Of a DNA stretch of 64,000 nucleotides, positions 63,053 to 64,000 are shown one piece after another (position 1 is the first letter of the stretch; each line of letters opens with the position of its first letter). The position numbers were made by a program, and so were the translations under genes. Location: NCBI GenBank assembly GCA_965197905.1, contig CBDAOB010000002.1, positions 256,001 to 320,000 on the forward strand, read 5' to 3'. The notes beneath the pieces are model-generated. The model was not told the DNA's origin and did no database searches. It saw only the letters and a program-made list of their open reading frames with translations. The DNA is from Candidatus Latescibacterota bacterium (GTDB taxonomy: Bacteria > Latescibacterota > UBA2968 > UBA8231).

Positions 63053-63304
63053 TTAGCTTATGAGTGCGTCGACGTGCGTCAGTACGGCGCACACCCACCC
63101 AATGATCGCCGTCACCCCAACGACAGCTGTGATCCGTTCACGAGTGGGCAACGGTTTGTGGCTGGAAGACCTTTGAGGCCACAGGCCGAACGGGTTTGAC
63201 GGACATCTACGTTGCACGGAAGGACCACCCACTCGAAGATCGCCCGAAGCCACAGCGATGTAGTGGTCGAGGCCGAAGTCGCATTCGCGTCTTTGATTTC
63301 TCAT
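63053..63304 (-). CDS. Small hypothetical protein (83 aa) with C-terminal hydrophobic helix
   Basis: Strong RBS TGGAGGT just upstream of ATG; ITAVVGVTAIIGWVCAVL segment; lies directly downstream of a sigma54 promoter motif. Confidence 0.55.
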   Translation of the reverse strand: MRNQRRECDFGLDHYIAVASGDLRVGGPSVQRRCPSNPFGLWPQRSSSHKPLPTRERITAVVGVTAIIGWVCAVLTHVDALIS

Positions 63305-63343
63305 TTTGCACCTCCAGGCATTGGGTTTCTGGTAGGGTCTATC

Positions 63344-63358
63344 GCAAGGGCGGTGCCA
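63344..63358 (-). promoter_or_regulatory. Sigma54 (-24/-12) promoter
   Basis: Minus strand reads TGGCAC-CGCCC-TTGC, matching TGGCAC-N5-TTGC with exact GG-N10-GC spacing, 40 nt upstream of ATG 63304. Confidence 0.75.
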
Positions 63359-63529
63359 GGCCGGGAGCCGGGCAGAAACGAATGCGCCCAGGATAGGTAT
63401 ATGTTGTTTAAAAACAGAGAGTTGAAATTTTCGGACGAACCTTGACGCTGACCGGACAGAGGCAGCCTGCCGGGCTCGGAAGTGTCAATAAAGTGGACAG
63501 TCCAGACGGCAATATTGTATAAGTGCTTC

Positions 63530-63557
63530 ATTATTATCGAATTAACGCGGGTGTCAA
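63530..63557 (-). promoter_or_regulatory. Candidate sigma70 promoter
   Basis: Minus strand TTGACA, 16-nt spacer, AATAAT, in an AT-rich intergenic stretch. Confidence 0.45.
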
Positions 63558-63642
63558 GATACTTGTCGACGGTGCCAAAAAAATAGTCGGCCGTGCACTT
63601 CGCAGCCGGCGCATCTTGAAGCAATTTCAGCATTGCCCGAGC

Positions 63643-63999
63643 TCACCGATGCCACAGATAGGAGATCTTGGCCAGGAGCCGTCGATCCGAGGTAACCAAT
63701 CCCTCCGGTCTGTCGTCCCGGGTCTCTTTGTAGGAGAGATAGAGGACGCTGCCGGGATGGAATTCGTAGCGCACCAGGCTGTTGACCAGATAGCGATCTT
63801 CGGCGCTGTTTCCCTGAAACAAAACCCGCCAGTAGAGGTTTGGCGTGAAGAGATAGTCCACTCCCAGGACGGTGATGAGGTGGGTGGACGAACGCTCGGC
63901 CGCCTCAAAGGGATCGCGGTGCAGATGGAACGCCTGGCCCGTCCAGGTCATCCTCGCTGTCGGTTTGACACTGAGACTGGTCTCGACGAAGCGGATGAC
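63643..63999 (-). CDS. C-terminal end of an outer-membrane beta-barrel protein (DUF5916-like), start outside the window
   Basis: DYLFTPNLYWRVLFQ...NSLVRYEFHPGSVLYLSY...LLAKISYLWHR*. Confidence 0.7.
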   Translation of the reverse strand, partial: VIRFVETSLSVKPTARMTWTGQAFHLHRDPFEAAERSSTHLITVLGVDYLFTPNLYWRVLFQGNSAEDRYLVNSLVRYEFHPGSVLYLSYKETRDDRPEGLVTSDRRLLAKISYLWHR

Positions 64000-64000
64000 A

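Noticed and set aside
63301..63633. 110-aa ORF in the intergenic region
   Set aside because: No RBS or motifs; it spans AT-rich promoter elements, so it is better explained as regulatory DNA.

Overview
GC-rich bacterial window, most likely FCB-group (Latescibacterota-like). This placement is inferred from a YPNPFNP/FlgD-Ig C-terminal tail protein, a DUF6785-type membrane protein and an expanded catabolic gene set. It has four parts. (1) 1-14.4 kb is a surface-protein block: two paralogues of an uncharacterised ~1000-aa exported protein (a third copy at 34.7 kb), a double FlgD-Ig protein with a long structured 5' leader and a strong terminator, two CRTAC1/ASPIC-UnbV proteins, a TPR protein and a DM9-like protein. 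(2) 14.6-44 kb is a catabolic region of mostly signal-peptide-less enzymes: sulfatases, BNR/sialidase-like and GH32-like propellers, PhyH dioxygenases and enolase-superfamily dehydratases with altered active-site residues. (3) 44-49.6 kb holds nrfHA with a CxxCH-type first heme motif, duplicated Gfo/Idh/MocA genes, uxuA and a mini MotA-like gene. (4) 49.9-64 kb is a signalling cluster: receiver and Hpt proteins, an NtrC-type sigma54 activator and two propeller/Y_Y_Y sensor kinases, preceded by a sigma54 promoter and a small ORF. One kinase is split by an IS3-like element with a 4-bp target duplication, whose interior is interleaved with exact copies of the flanking gene. Several single-base frameshifts in short homopolymers suggest consensus errors. 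I saw no CRISPR array, rRNA, tRNA or reverse transcriptase. All family calls are from motif recognition by eye, with no database searches.
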